A DNA stretch of 64,000 nucleotides from an uncultured Candidatus Rokubacteria bacterium. Lineage in GTDB: Bacteria; Methylomirabilota; Methylomirabilia; Rokubacteriales; DASRDR01. A program made the translations under genes and the position numbers. The stretch lies in assembly GCA_963826115.1 (NCBI GenBank), contig CAWGVS010000012.1:128001-192000 (forward strand), written 5' to 3'. Below are positions 22,411 through 30,797 of the stretch, piece after piece. The first letter of the stretch is position 1; the number at the start of each line of letters is the position of its first letter. Below the pieces are notes generated by a model. That model searched no databases. It had not been told where the DNA came from and worked only from the letters and a program-made list of their open reading frames with translations.

Positions 22411-24122
22411 CAGACCTCCAGCACGATCGGCAGCACGATCGGCTTCCGGTCGTACCGCTGGTTGATGAAGCGGCGGAGGGTCCCGCGCAGGAGCGCGCCG
22501 AGCGCCTCGCGGCCGAGCGCCTCGTCCCGCGGCTCCGCGAGCGCTTCGCGCAGCGCGGCCCGCGCCTCCTCGAGGACGGCCTCCGACTCGCGCTCGTAGA
22601 CCCAGCCCCGCGAGACGATCTCCGGGCCCGCCACGACGCGGCCGCTCGCGCGCTCCACGGTGACCGCGACGACCACCATGCCGTCCTCGGCCAGGAGCTC
22701 GCGGTCCCGGAGAACGACGGGGCCCACGTCGCCCACGCCCTTGCCGTCGACGAGCACGCGCGCGAGCGGAACGCGCTCGAGCATCCGCGCGCCGGTCTTG
22801 GTGAGCTCGAGCCCCTGCCCGTCCTCCACCACGAACACGTGCTCGGCGGGAAGGCCGACCTCCTGCGCCAGCCGGGCGTGGGCCTGGAGATGCCGGTACT
22901 CGCCGTGGACGGGGACGAAGAACTGCGGCCGGACGAGATTCAGCATGAGCGTCAGCTCGTCCCGTGACGCGTGTCCCGACACGTGGACGAACGCCACCTC
23001 CTCCCACAAGACCTCGGCGCCCTGCCGGAGGAGGCGGTTGACCACGCGCGTGATCGTCCGCTCGTGGCCCGGGATGACGCGGGCCGAGAGGATCACGAGG
23101 TCGCCCTCGCCCACCCGGAGGTGCTTGTGCTCGGCCGCCGCCATGAGGGCGAGGGCCGAGTTCGGCTCCCCCTGGCTCCCGGTGGAGAGGATCACCTGGC
23201 GGTACGGCGGCAGCGCCGACAGCTCCTCGAGCGGCAGGAGGGTGCCCTCGGGCACGCGGAGGTAGCCGAGCTCCGCGGCCAGGCGCACGCTCGTCTCCAT
23301 GCTCCGCCCGAGGAGGGCGACCTTGCGCCCGAAGGTCTCGGCCAGGTCGAGCACCTGCTGGATCCGGTGCACGTGCGACGCGAAGGTCGCGATGATGATG
23401 CGGCCCGGCGCGCGCCGGACCCGCTCGGCGAGCGCCCGGCCCACCTCGTGCTCGGACGGGGTCGTCCCCGGCCGGCCGACGTTCGTGGAGTCGGCCATCA
23501 GGCAGAGGACCCCGCGCTCGCCGAGCTCGGCGAGCCGGTGGTAGTCGGAGCGCTCGCCGTCGATCGGGTGGGGATCGAACTTGAAGTCGCCCGTGTGGAC
23601 GAGGGTGCCCACCGGCGTCTCGATCCCGTAGCCGAGGCCGTCGACCACCGAGTGGGTCACGCGGATCGGCTCCACCCGGAAGCCGCCCACGTCGAACGCC
23701 CGGCGGGGCTCGACCGGCACGAGCCGCGCGCGGTCGAGAAGCCCGTGCTCGCGGAGGCGCTCACCGGCCAGGGCCAGAGCCATGCGGGGACCGTAGACGG
23801 GCACGTCCAGCTCCCGCAGGAGGTACGGGAGCGCCCCGATGTGGTCCTCGTGGGCGTGGGTGAGGACGACCCCGCGCACCTGCTCGCGCCGCGAGAGCAG
23901 CGGCGAGAAGTCCGGGATGACGTAGTCGACGCCGGGCATCTCGTCGTCCGGGAACATGAGGCCGCAGTCGACGGCCAGGAGGTCCTCGCCGGACTCGATC
24001 AGCATCATGTTGAGGCCGATCTCGCCGAGACCGCCGAGCGGGAGGATGCGAACCGAGGGCTCGATCGCAGGGTCGCCCGGGGCCCCGGCCGGCATGCTGG
24101 CCGGGACGACGCGGTGGGTCAT
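22410..24122 (-). CDS. rnj: Ribonuclease J
   Basis: LGGLGEIGLNM, THAHEDHIG, HTGDFK, STGSQGEP, HVSGHA, PVHGEYRH. Confidence 0.96.
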   Translation of the reverse strand: MTHRVVPASMPAGAPGDPAIEPSVRILPLGGLGEIGLNMMLIESGEDLLAVDCGLMFPDDEMPGVDYVIPDFSPLLSRREQVRGVVLTHAHEDHIGALPYLLRELDVPVYGPRMALALAGERLREHGLLDRARLVPVEPRRAFDVGGFRVEPIRVTHSVVDGLGYGIETPVGTLVHTGDFKFDPHPIDGERSDYHRLAELGERGVLCLMADSTNVGRPGTTPSEHEVGRALAERVRRAPGRIIIATFASHVHRIQQVLDLAETFGRKVALLGRSMETSVRLAAELGYLRVPEGTLLPLEELSALPPYRQVILSTGSQGEPNSALALMAAAEHKHLRVGEGDLVILSARVIPGHERTITRVVNRLLRQGAEVLWEEVAFVHVSGHASRDELTLMLNLVRPQFFVPVHGEYRHLQAHARLAQEVGLPAEHVFVVEDGQGLELTKTGARMLERVPLARVLVDGKGVGDVGPVVLRDRELLAEDGMVVVAVTVERASGRVVAGPEIVSRGWVYERESEAVLEEARAALREALAEPRDEALGREALGALLRGTLRRFINQRYDRKPIVLPIVLEV

Positions 24123-24295
24123 ACCTGGCGGTAGCCTATCACGCGGCCCTCGGAACCCCGCCAAAACCCCGCCGAGGGCCCGGATGACCAGGTATTACGT
24201 CGAGATCGGAGGCGCGGCGCCGTCGGGCCCCGGGCCGGGTCTCAAGCGCGCGGCGGAGGCGCGGGCCGTCCCCGCCCAGCCGCGGGCCGGCCGCG

Positions 24296-25156
24296 TCAGG
24301 GACGCGAGGTGGCGAGGGCGCCGGCCAGGCGCCCGAATTCCTCGAGCGACAGGGTCTCGGCCCGCCGCCCGCCGGCGATCCCGGCCTCGGCCAGCGCGGC
24401 GGCCAGCCGCGCCGCGCTCCCGAGACCCCCGCCCCGGAGGGCGTTCCCGAGCGTCTTCCGGCGCTGGCCGAAGGCGGCCCGCACCACGCGCGCAAAGCCG
24501 TCCTCGTCCGCGACCTCGAGCCGGGAAACGGACCGGAACGTCACCGTCACGACGGCCGACTCGACCGCCGGCGGGGGCCGGAAGGCGGCGGGTGGCACGA
24601 CCAGGAGCTGGGAGACGTCGGCCCAGCGCCGCCAGAACACGGAGAGCGCGCCGTACTCGCGCCCGCCCGGCGACGCGGCGAGGCGCTCGGCGACCTCGCG
24701 CTGGAGCATGAGGACGGCCCGGTCGAGCGTCGCGTGCGCGTCGAGGAGGCGCTCGAGGATGGCTTTCGACACGCTGTACGGGAGGTTACCGACGACGAGG
24801 ACGTGGCCACCCGGATCGGGACGGAGCGCGCGAAGCTCCTCGTAGGGAAAGCTGCGCGCGTCCGCCTCCCGGATCTCGACGCGGCCCGCCTCGGCCCAGT
24901 GCGTCGCCGCCGCCGCGAGCCGGTCGCGGAGCGCGGGATCGATCTCGAGCGCGACGAGCCCGCCGGCGCGCGCCGCGAGGGCGCGCGTCAGCGCGCCCGG
25001 CCCGGGGCCGATCTCGCAGACTAGGTCGGCCGGGGTGGCGCCGACGGCTTCCACGATCCGGGCCGCCACGTCGGGGTCCGCCAGAAAGTGCTGACCCAGC
25101 GCGCGGCGCCGACGCCCGGTCGGTCTCGGGCGGCCGGCGCGCCCCGCGGCGCTCAC
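24296..25156 (-). CDS. rsmA: 16S rRNA m6,2A1518/1519 dimethyltransferase
   Basis: LGQHFL, EIGPGPGALT, VGNLPY, MLQREVAERL, FRPPPAVES, QRRKTL. Confidence 0.96.
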   Translation of the reverse strand: MSAAGRAGRPRPTGRRRRALGQHFLADPDVAARIVEAVGATPADLVCEIGPGPGALTRALAARAGGLVALEIDPALRDRLAAAATHWAEAGRVEIREADARSFPYEELRALRPDPGGHVLVVGNLPYSVSKAILERLLDAHATLDRAVLMLQREVAERLAASPGGREYGALSVFWRRWADVSQLLVVPPAAFRPPPAVESAVVTVTFRSVSRLEVADEDGFARVVRAAFGQRRKTLGNALRGGGLGSAARLAAALAEAGIAGGRRAETLSLEEFGRLAGALATSRP

Positions 25157-25812
25157 GAGGCGGGCTCGGCGGCGGTCCGTCGGGCCCGGTGCTCGGCGAC
25201 GAGGGCCCCGTGGACCGCGCGCACCTGGGCCTGGGTCTCTTCAGGCGTGCCGGAGTTGTCGATGACGTAGTGCGCGTGGCGCGCCTTGTCGGCGAGCGGC
25301 ATCTGGCTCGCCACGCGTCGCTCGGCCTCGGGGCGCTCGAAGCCGTCGCGCCGCACGAGCCGTTCGAGCTGGACGTCGCGCTCCGCGTACACGACGACCA
25401 GGCGGTCCACGTGCGACGCCGCGCCGACCTCGATGAGGAGCGGAATGTCGAGGACGACCAGGCCGTGGAAGCTCTCGGCCGCCCACGCGTCGAGGATCGC
25501 CTGGCGCCGCGCGTGGATCGCGGGATGGGTGATCGCCTCGAGGGCCTTCCGGCGCGCGGGATCGGCGAAGACGACGGCCCCCAGGCGCTTCCGGTCGAGC
25601 TGGCCGTCGGGCCCGAGGATCTCCCGGCCGAACGCCTCGACGATCGCCCGCCAGGCGGGCTCGCCCGGACGCACGACCTCGCGCGCGAGCACGTCGGCGT
25701 CGACGAGGCGGCACCCGAGCTCGACGAGCTGCCGGCTCACGGCGGACTTGCCCGAGGCGATCCCACCGGTGAGCCCGACGAGGAGGAAGGGGCGCGACGC
25801 CGAGGCGGTCAT
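25153..25812 (-). CDS. coaE: Dephospho-CoA kinase
   Basis: GLTGGIASGKS, DADVLAR, LEAITHP, DIPLLIE, VIDNSG. Confidence 0.96.
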   Translation of the reverse strand: MTASASRPFLLVGLTGGIASGKSAVSRQLVELGCRLVDADVLAREVVRPGEPAWRAIVEAFGREILGPDGQLDRKRLGAVVFADPARRKALEAITHPAIHARRQAILDAWAAESFHGLVVLDIPLLIEVGAASHVDRLVVVYAERDVQLERLVRRDGFERPEAERRVASQMPLADKARHAHYVIDNSGTPEETQAQVRAVHGALVAEHRARRTAAEPAS

Positions 25813-25833
25813 CTGCCGTCCGCTCGCGCGTGA

Positions 25834-26685
25834 TCAGTCAGGCAGGCGGAACTCGCCCCGCGCCACGGTCACCGCCGAGCCGCCGACCTCGACCCGCTCG
25901 ATCCGGTCGGTCGCGCCGTCGACCCGGGCGAAGAGCAGGCTCGGCCGCTGGATCTCGACGCCCTGGCGGATCTCGATCTCCTCGCCGAAGGCGATCCGGC
26001 CGTGGCGCGCGAGGTGGCACGCGAGCGGGCCCGCCGCCGAGCCGGTCGCCGGGTCCTCCTGGACGCCGGCGCCCGGCGCGAAGGCGCGCGTCTTCCAGCG
26101 CCGTCCCGCTCCGGCGAAGCAGTTCGTGGTCCCGCGCGGCAGGAGCCGCGCGAGCGCCTGGAAGTCGGGGCGGAGCGCGGCCACCTCGGCCTCGCTCTCG
26201 AGCGCCACGTAGACGTGCCGGGGCCCATTGTCGTAGAGCTCGATCGGCAGGACGGCGCGCGCCACGCCGAGGGCCCGGAGGAGCGCGGCGCTCTCCGGGA
26301 AGGGCTCGATCCGTGGCACGGGCTGGACCATCCGGCCGAAGACGATCCGGGGGCCGTCGCGCTCGATCCGGACGGGCACGGGCCCGACGCCCGTCTCGAG
26401 GACGATCTCCGGGAGCTGGAGCGGCGCGGCCAGGACGAAGGCGGATCCGAGCACCGGGTGCCCGGCGAACGGCAGCTCGTGGTCCGGCGTGAAGATCCGG
26501 ATGCGCACGTGGCCCGGGCCCCGCGCGGGGTAGCAGAAGACGGTCTCCGACAGGTGCATCTCGAGCGCGAGGCGCTGGAGGAGCGACTCCGGGATCTTGC
26601 GGGCGTCCGTGAACACGGCGAGCGGGTTCCCCTCCAGCGGGCGGTCGGTGAAGACGTCGCAGATCACGTAGCGGAAGTCGGCCAT
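25834..26685 (-). CDS. PhzF family isomerase/epimerase
   Basis: [39 protein letters not shown]. Confidence 0.92.
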   Translation of the reverse strand: MADFRYVICDVFTDRPLEGNPLAVFTDARKIPESLLQRLALEMHLSETVFCYPARGPGHVRIRIFTPDHELPFAGHPVLGSAFVLAAPLQLPEIVLETGVGPVPVRIERDGPRIVFGRMVQPVPRIEPFPESAALLRALGVARAVLPIELYDNGPRHVYVALESEAEVAALRPDFQALARLLPRGTTNCFAGAGRRWKTRAFAPGAGVQEDPATGSAAGPLACHLARHGRIAFGEEIEIRQGVEIQRPSLLFARVDGATDRIERVEVGGSAVTVARGEFRLPD

Positions 26686-26729
26686 GTCCGTCCCTCAGTC
26701 AGCATCCGTGCACCGCGCAGGACTCCGCG

Positions 26730-27788
26730 TCACCCGCTCCGGCCCGGAGGCGCGGCGCGCCGGCCGCGCGCGTCCGTCGCCTGCATGGTACCCTCCGCGC
26801 CGGCTCGCGCGAACCGGCGTCGGCCGGCGGGCGACGGCGTGGCCCGGCCGCCCACCGTCGCGGCGTAGCGCGCCTTGAAGACCTCTCGAAACGACGCCGC
26901 GGCCGGCGACAGGGCCCGGTCGCCGAGCGTGAGGATGCCGACCCGGCGCGTGACCGCATCGTCGACGAGAGGTCGCACCGAGAGGGCCCGATCGCCCCGG
27001 GGCGGGAGCGCCGAGACCGGCACGACGGCGACGCCCAGCTCCGAGCGCACGAAGCTGAAGAGCGTCCCGAACTGGTGGAGCGTGATCGCGTGGTGGAGGT
27101 GCACCCCCGCCGCCAGCGCGGCGCCGTCGACGAGGCGCCGCAAGCCCGACTCCGGCGGCATCGAGATCAGCGGCTCCCGCTCCAGGTCGACGATCGACAG
27201 GGCGCGGCGCCGGGCCAGGGCATGCCGGCGCGGCAGCACGACCACGCACCGCTCCTCGCCGAGCGGCTCGGCGACGACCGGCTCGGTCACGCCGTGGACG
27301 TTGCCGATCCCGAGGTCCGCCACCGATCGGCGCACGTCGGCGACGATGGCATCCTGCACGCCTTCCCGCAGGTACAGGTCGATCCCGGGGAACCGGCGGC
27401 GGTACGTCGCCGTGGCCGCGGGCAGGACGAGGTAGGCGAGCGACATGAGGCTCGCCACGACCACGTACCCTCGCCGCTGGTCCGCGAGGTCGCGCATGTG
27501 GCCCAGGTGGCGGTCGAGGTCGCCCAGCAGGCGCTCGGCGGTCGGCAGGAACTCGCGCCCCGCGGCGGTGAGCGTCACGACGCGCGTGCTCCGCGTGAAC
27601 AGCGTCGTGCCCAGGGACCCCTCGAGACGCTGGAGCGCCCGCGACAGGCCGGGCTGGCTCACGCCGAGAAAGGCCGCCGCCTCGACGAAGCTGCGGAACC
27701 GCGCCAGCGCGACGACCGCCCGGAGCTGCCGCGACGAGACGTCCGCCGACGCGCGCATCGCGCCCCTCCTCTCTCCGCCGCCACTCAT
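26730..27788 (-). CDS. LysR family transcriptional regulator (start 27788 or 27758)
   Basis: HTH RSFVEAAAFLGVSQPGLSRALQRLE..LG..LF.RSTR; substrate-binding domain; divergent from the 27862 operon. Confidence 0.92.
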   Translation of the reverse strand: MSGGGERRGAMRASADVSSRQLRAVVALARFRSFVEAAAFLGVSQPGLSRALQRLEGSLGTTLFTRSTRVVTLTAAGREFLPTAERLLGDLDRHLGHMRDLADQRRGYVVVASLMSLAYLVLPAATATYRRRFPGIDLYLREGVQDAIVADVRRSVADLGIGNVHGVTEPVVAEPLGEERCVVVLPRRHALARRRALSIVDLEREPLISMPPESGLRRLVDGAALAAGVHLHHAITLHQFGTLFSFVRSELGVAVVPVSALPPRGDRALSVRPLVDDAVTRRVGILTLGDRALSPAAASFREVFKARYAATVGGRATPSPAGRRRFARAGAEGTMQATDARGRRAAPPGRSG

Positions 27789-27801
27789 GCACAGTATGCA
27801 T
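27787..27801. promoter_or_regulatory. Candidate LysR recognition site (ATGCA-N5-TGCAT, T-N11-A)
   Basis: Palindrome ATGCACAGTATGCAT in the AT-rich divergent intergenic region. Confidence 0.6.
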
Positions 27802-27861
27802 CGACGAGGCGTATCAATAAACAGATTGCACCGACGGGGCGATCCCGGCGACCCTCCGGGC

Positions 27862-28947
27862 ATGGACACCCTCGTCGACCCCTCCGTCGACCTGGTCGAG
27901 TGGTACTACGCGCAGGGCTTCTCGGACGGGCTGCCGGTGGTGCCGCCGACCCCGGAGAAGATCGTCGCGATGATCAGGGCGCTCGGCGGCGAGCCCGACC
28001 TGGTCGAGTGCCGCGTCCCCCCGCGGTGGGGCGACCTGACGCGCCGCGTGCTCGCGATCAATTTGGTGATGGCCGGCTGCACGCCCGCGTACGCGCCGGT
28101 CGTGCGCGCGGCGATGCTGGCGCTCAGCGCCCCGGCCTTCAACCTGAACGGCGTGCAGGCGACGACGCACATGGCGGCGCCGCTCCTCGTCGTGAACGGG
28201 CCGATCGCGCGCGAGATCGGGATGAACGCCGGCGGCAACTGCTTCGGGTCCGGCAACCGGGCGAACGCCACGATCGGCCGCGCGATCCGGCTGATCCTCC
28301 TCAACGTGGGCGGCGGCTGGCCGGGCGAGCTCGACCAGGCCACGCTCGGCCACCCCGGCAAGTACACGTACTGCATCGCCGAGAACGAGGCGGAGAGCCC
28401 GTTCGCCCCCTACCACGTCGACAAGGGCTTCGATCCCAGCGACTCCACGGTCTTCGTGCTCGCCGCCGAGCCGCCGCACAGCGTGACGAACCACGTCGCG
28501 AACGACCCGCCGGGGATCCTCGACTCCATCGTCTCCGCGATGTCCACCATCGCCCACAACAACGCGGTGACCTCCGGTCACTGCGCGGTCGTGCTGGGCC
28601 CCGAGCACGCGCGCACCATCGCCGGGCACGGCTGGCGACGGGCGGACGTCCGCAACTACCTGTGGATGAACGCCGGCAACCGGTTCGGCGACCTCGCGTT
28701 CGAGCACCGCTACGGCAAGGTCTACAATCGCAATCTGCCGGTCTGGTACCGGCGCGAGCCCGACTCGCGGATCCCCATCGTGCCGAGCCCCGATCACATC
28801 CACCTGTTCGTCGCGGGCGGCACGGCGGGACGCTTCTCCGCCTTCATCCCCGGCTGGGGGCACATGAGCAGTCCCGTGCTCCGCGGCATCGACGGCGCGG
28901 CGCCGGTCAAGGGGCCGATCTGCGTCGACGGCGCCTGCTACCTCTGA
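27862..28947 (+). CDS. Conserved protein of unknown function with DGLPVVPPT motif (typical partner of UGSC-type proteins)
   Basis: SDGLPVVPPT, AINLVMAGC.P.Y, VVNGPIA, NRANATIGRA, TLGHPGKY, AENE; C-terminal CVDGAC. Confidence 0.8.
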   Translation: MDTLVDPSVDLVEWYYAQGFSDGLPVVPPTPEKIVAMIRALGGEPDLVECRVPPRWGDLTRRVLAINLVMAGCTPAYAPVVRAAMLALSAPAFNLNGVQATTHMAAPLLVVNGPIAREIGMNAGGNCFGSGNRANATIGRAIRLILLNVGGGWPGELDQATLGHPGKYTYCIAENEAESPFAPYHVDKGFDPSDSTVFVLAAEPPHSVTNHVANDPPGILDSIVSAMSTIAHNNAVTSGHCAVVLGPEHARTIAGHGWRRADVRNYLWMNAGNRFGDLAFEHRYGKVYNRNLPVWYRREPDSRIPIVPSPDHIHLFVAGGTAGRFSAFIPGWGHMSSPVLRGIDGAAPVKGPICVDGACYL

Positions 28948-28967
28948 CCCGACAGGAGGCTCAACCC

Positions 28968-29517
28968 ATGAACTCGACCCTCCCGGCCCACGGCGTCCCG
29001 GTCTACGATCCGCGCGGCGCCGTGACCGCGACGCCCCGCCCGATCGCGCCGCGCGCCGCGCGACTCGAGGGCCTCCGCCTCGCCGTGCTCGACAACACCA
29101 AGTGGAACGCCAATCGGCTCCTGCGGAAGGCGGCGGAGCGGCTCGCCGCCGAGCACGGGCTCGGCGCGGTGCGCTACTACCGGAAGGAGAGCTTCTCCCG
29201 GGTGGCGGCCCCGGAGCTCCTCGCCGAGATCGCCGCCGAGCAACGACCTCGTGCTCACCGCCATCGGCGACTGAGGGTCCTGCACATCGTGCTGTATGCA
29301 CGACGGCATCCGCCTGGAGACCCTGGATCGACCGACCGCGGTGGTGGTGACGACCGAGTTCCGGCGCGAGGCCGAGCTCCAGCGGGCGGCGCTGAGGATG
29401 GACGCGCTCGTGCCCGTCGTGATCCAGCACCCGCTCAGCACGCTGACCGACGCGGAGATCGACGCGCGGGCCGCGGACGCCGCGGCGCAGGCCGCGCGGA
29501 TCTGGCTCGGGCGCTAG
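28968..29517 (+). CDS. UGSC-family selenoprotein (Sec TGA at 29272-29274; one extra base near 29236-29241)
   Basis: RBS AGGAGG then MNSTLP..YDP..LEGLRLAVLDNTKWNA..KESFSRVA.PELLAEIA, then after +1 shift NDLVLTAIGD-TGA-GSCTSCCMHDGIRLE...VVIQHPL. Confidence 0.85.
29281..29308 (+). promoter_or_regulatory. Putative bacterial SECIS element
   Basis: TCGTGC (29287-29292) / GCACGA (29298-29303) perfect stem with TGTAT loop, 18 nt after TGA; lower TGC/GCA pairing. Confidence 0.7.
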
Positions 29518-29524
29518 CGCGCGG

Positions 29525-30760
29525 GTGAGGCCCGGCGTGGCGGGGATCCTCGCGGGCATCCGGGTCGTGGACCTCACGCAGTACCTGTCCGGGCCGCAGG
29601 CGACCCTGTTCCTGGCCGGGCTCGGGGCCGAGGTGATCCACGTCGACAACCCGGCGACCGGCGACGTGACCGCCGACAGCGCGCCGTACCTGGGCCCGGA
29701 GGGCGTGTCGCTCGGCCGGCGGACGCCGGACGACCTCGGCGTGCCCTACCTCAAGCGCGCCCGGGGCAAGCGGGCGGTCACGCTGAACCTGAAGCACCCC
29801 GAGGGCCCGGGGCTCCTGCTCGGGCTGGTCCGCCGGTCCGACGTCGTGGTCGAGAACTGGACCGTGGGGACGGCGGCGCGGCTCGGCGTCGACTACGCGG
29901 CCTGCCGGGCGGTGAAGCCCGACGTCGTCTACTGCTCGATCACGGGCTTCGGGCAGACCGGCCCGGAGGCCGCCGCGAAGGCGTACGACACGATGGTGCA
30001 GGCCGCGTCGGGGCTGATGAGTCTCACCGGCGATCCCGACGGGCCGCCGACGAAGGCAGGGTCGGCGATGGCCGACACCGTGGCCGGCACGTTCGCCTTC
30101 GCGGGGATCCTGGCGGCGCTGCTGCACCGGTACCGGAGCGGCGAGGGCCAGCACGTCGACGTCAGCATGGTGGACTGTCTCCTCGCCCTCGTGCTCGACG
30201 AGTCCCCCGACGTGTGGCGGATGCTCGGCCTGCCGGGGCGCCAGGGCAATCGCATCCCGCGCGTCTCCCCGTTCAACGCCTATCCGACCGCGGACGGATG
30301 GATCGCCCTCGGCTGTGCCCATGACGCCGATTGGGCGCGCCTGCTCGAGGCGATCGAGCGCGCCGACGTGAAGGGCGACGCGGACCTCGGGACACCGGCC
30401 GGACGGATCGCCAACAACGGCCGCGTCGACGCCATCGTGGCGGCCTGGGCCCGCGAGCGCCCCACCGACCAGGCGATCGCCCGCCTGCGCGCGCACGGCG
30501 TGGCCTCGAGCCCCGTCCGCGACATCGACGCGCTGAAGGCGTGGCCCCAGCTCGCGGCGCGCGGCATGCTCGAGCCGCTTCGTCACCCCACGCTCGGGCC
30601 CTCGCCGGTGGTGGTGGCGCCCGGCTTCCCGCTGAAGTTCGGCGCGACGGAGGCGGGCTACGCGACCCCGGCCCCGCTCGTCGGCCAGGACAACGACGCG
30701 ATCTGGGGCGGCCTGCTCGGTCGGGACGTCGCGGCGCTCCGGACGCGCGGCGTGATCTGA
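29525..30760 (+). CDS. CaiB/BaiF family (class III) CoA-transferase
   Basis: LAGIRVVDLTQYLSGP, RGKRAVTLNLK, DVVVEN, SITGFGQTGP, AYDTMVQAASGLM, GEGQHVDVSM. Confidence 0.92.
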   Translation: MRPGVAGILAGIRVVDLTQYLSGPQATLFLAGLGAEVIHVDNPATGDVTADSAPYLGPEGVSLGRRTPDDLGVPYLKRARGKRAVTLNLKHPEGPGLLLGLVRRSDVVVENWTVGTAARLGVDYAACRAVKPDVVYCSITGFGQTGPEAAAKAYDTMVQAASGLMSLTGDPDGPPTKAGSAMADTVAGTFAFAGILAALLHRYRSGEGQHVDVSMVDCLLALVLDESPDVWRMLGLPGRQGNRIPRVSPFNAYPTADGWIALGCAHDADWARLLEAIERADVKGDADLGTPAGRIANNGRVDAIVAAWARERPTDQAIARLRAHGVASSPVRDIDALKAWPQLAARGMLEPLRHPTLGPSPVVVAPGFPLKFGATEAGYATPAPLVGQDNDAIWGGLLGRDVAALRTRGVI

Positions 30761-30797
30761 CGGGTCGGCCCCCGGGCCGCGCCCGCGCGGGCGCCCG

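Noticed and set aside
28945-28947. TGA ending the DGLPVVPPT gene as a second Sec codon
   Set aside because: It is followed directly by the RBS and start of the next gene, with no comparable hairpin; treated as a true stop.
29296-29517. Stand-alone 73-aa ORF MHDGIRLE...
   Set aside because: Better explained as the post-Sec half of the UGSC protein; it has no RBS and the frame continues upstream through TGA.
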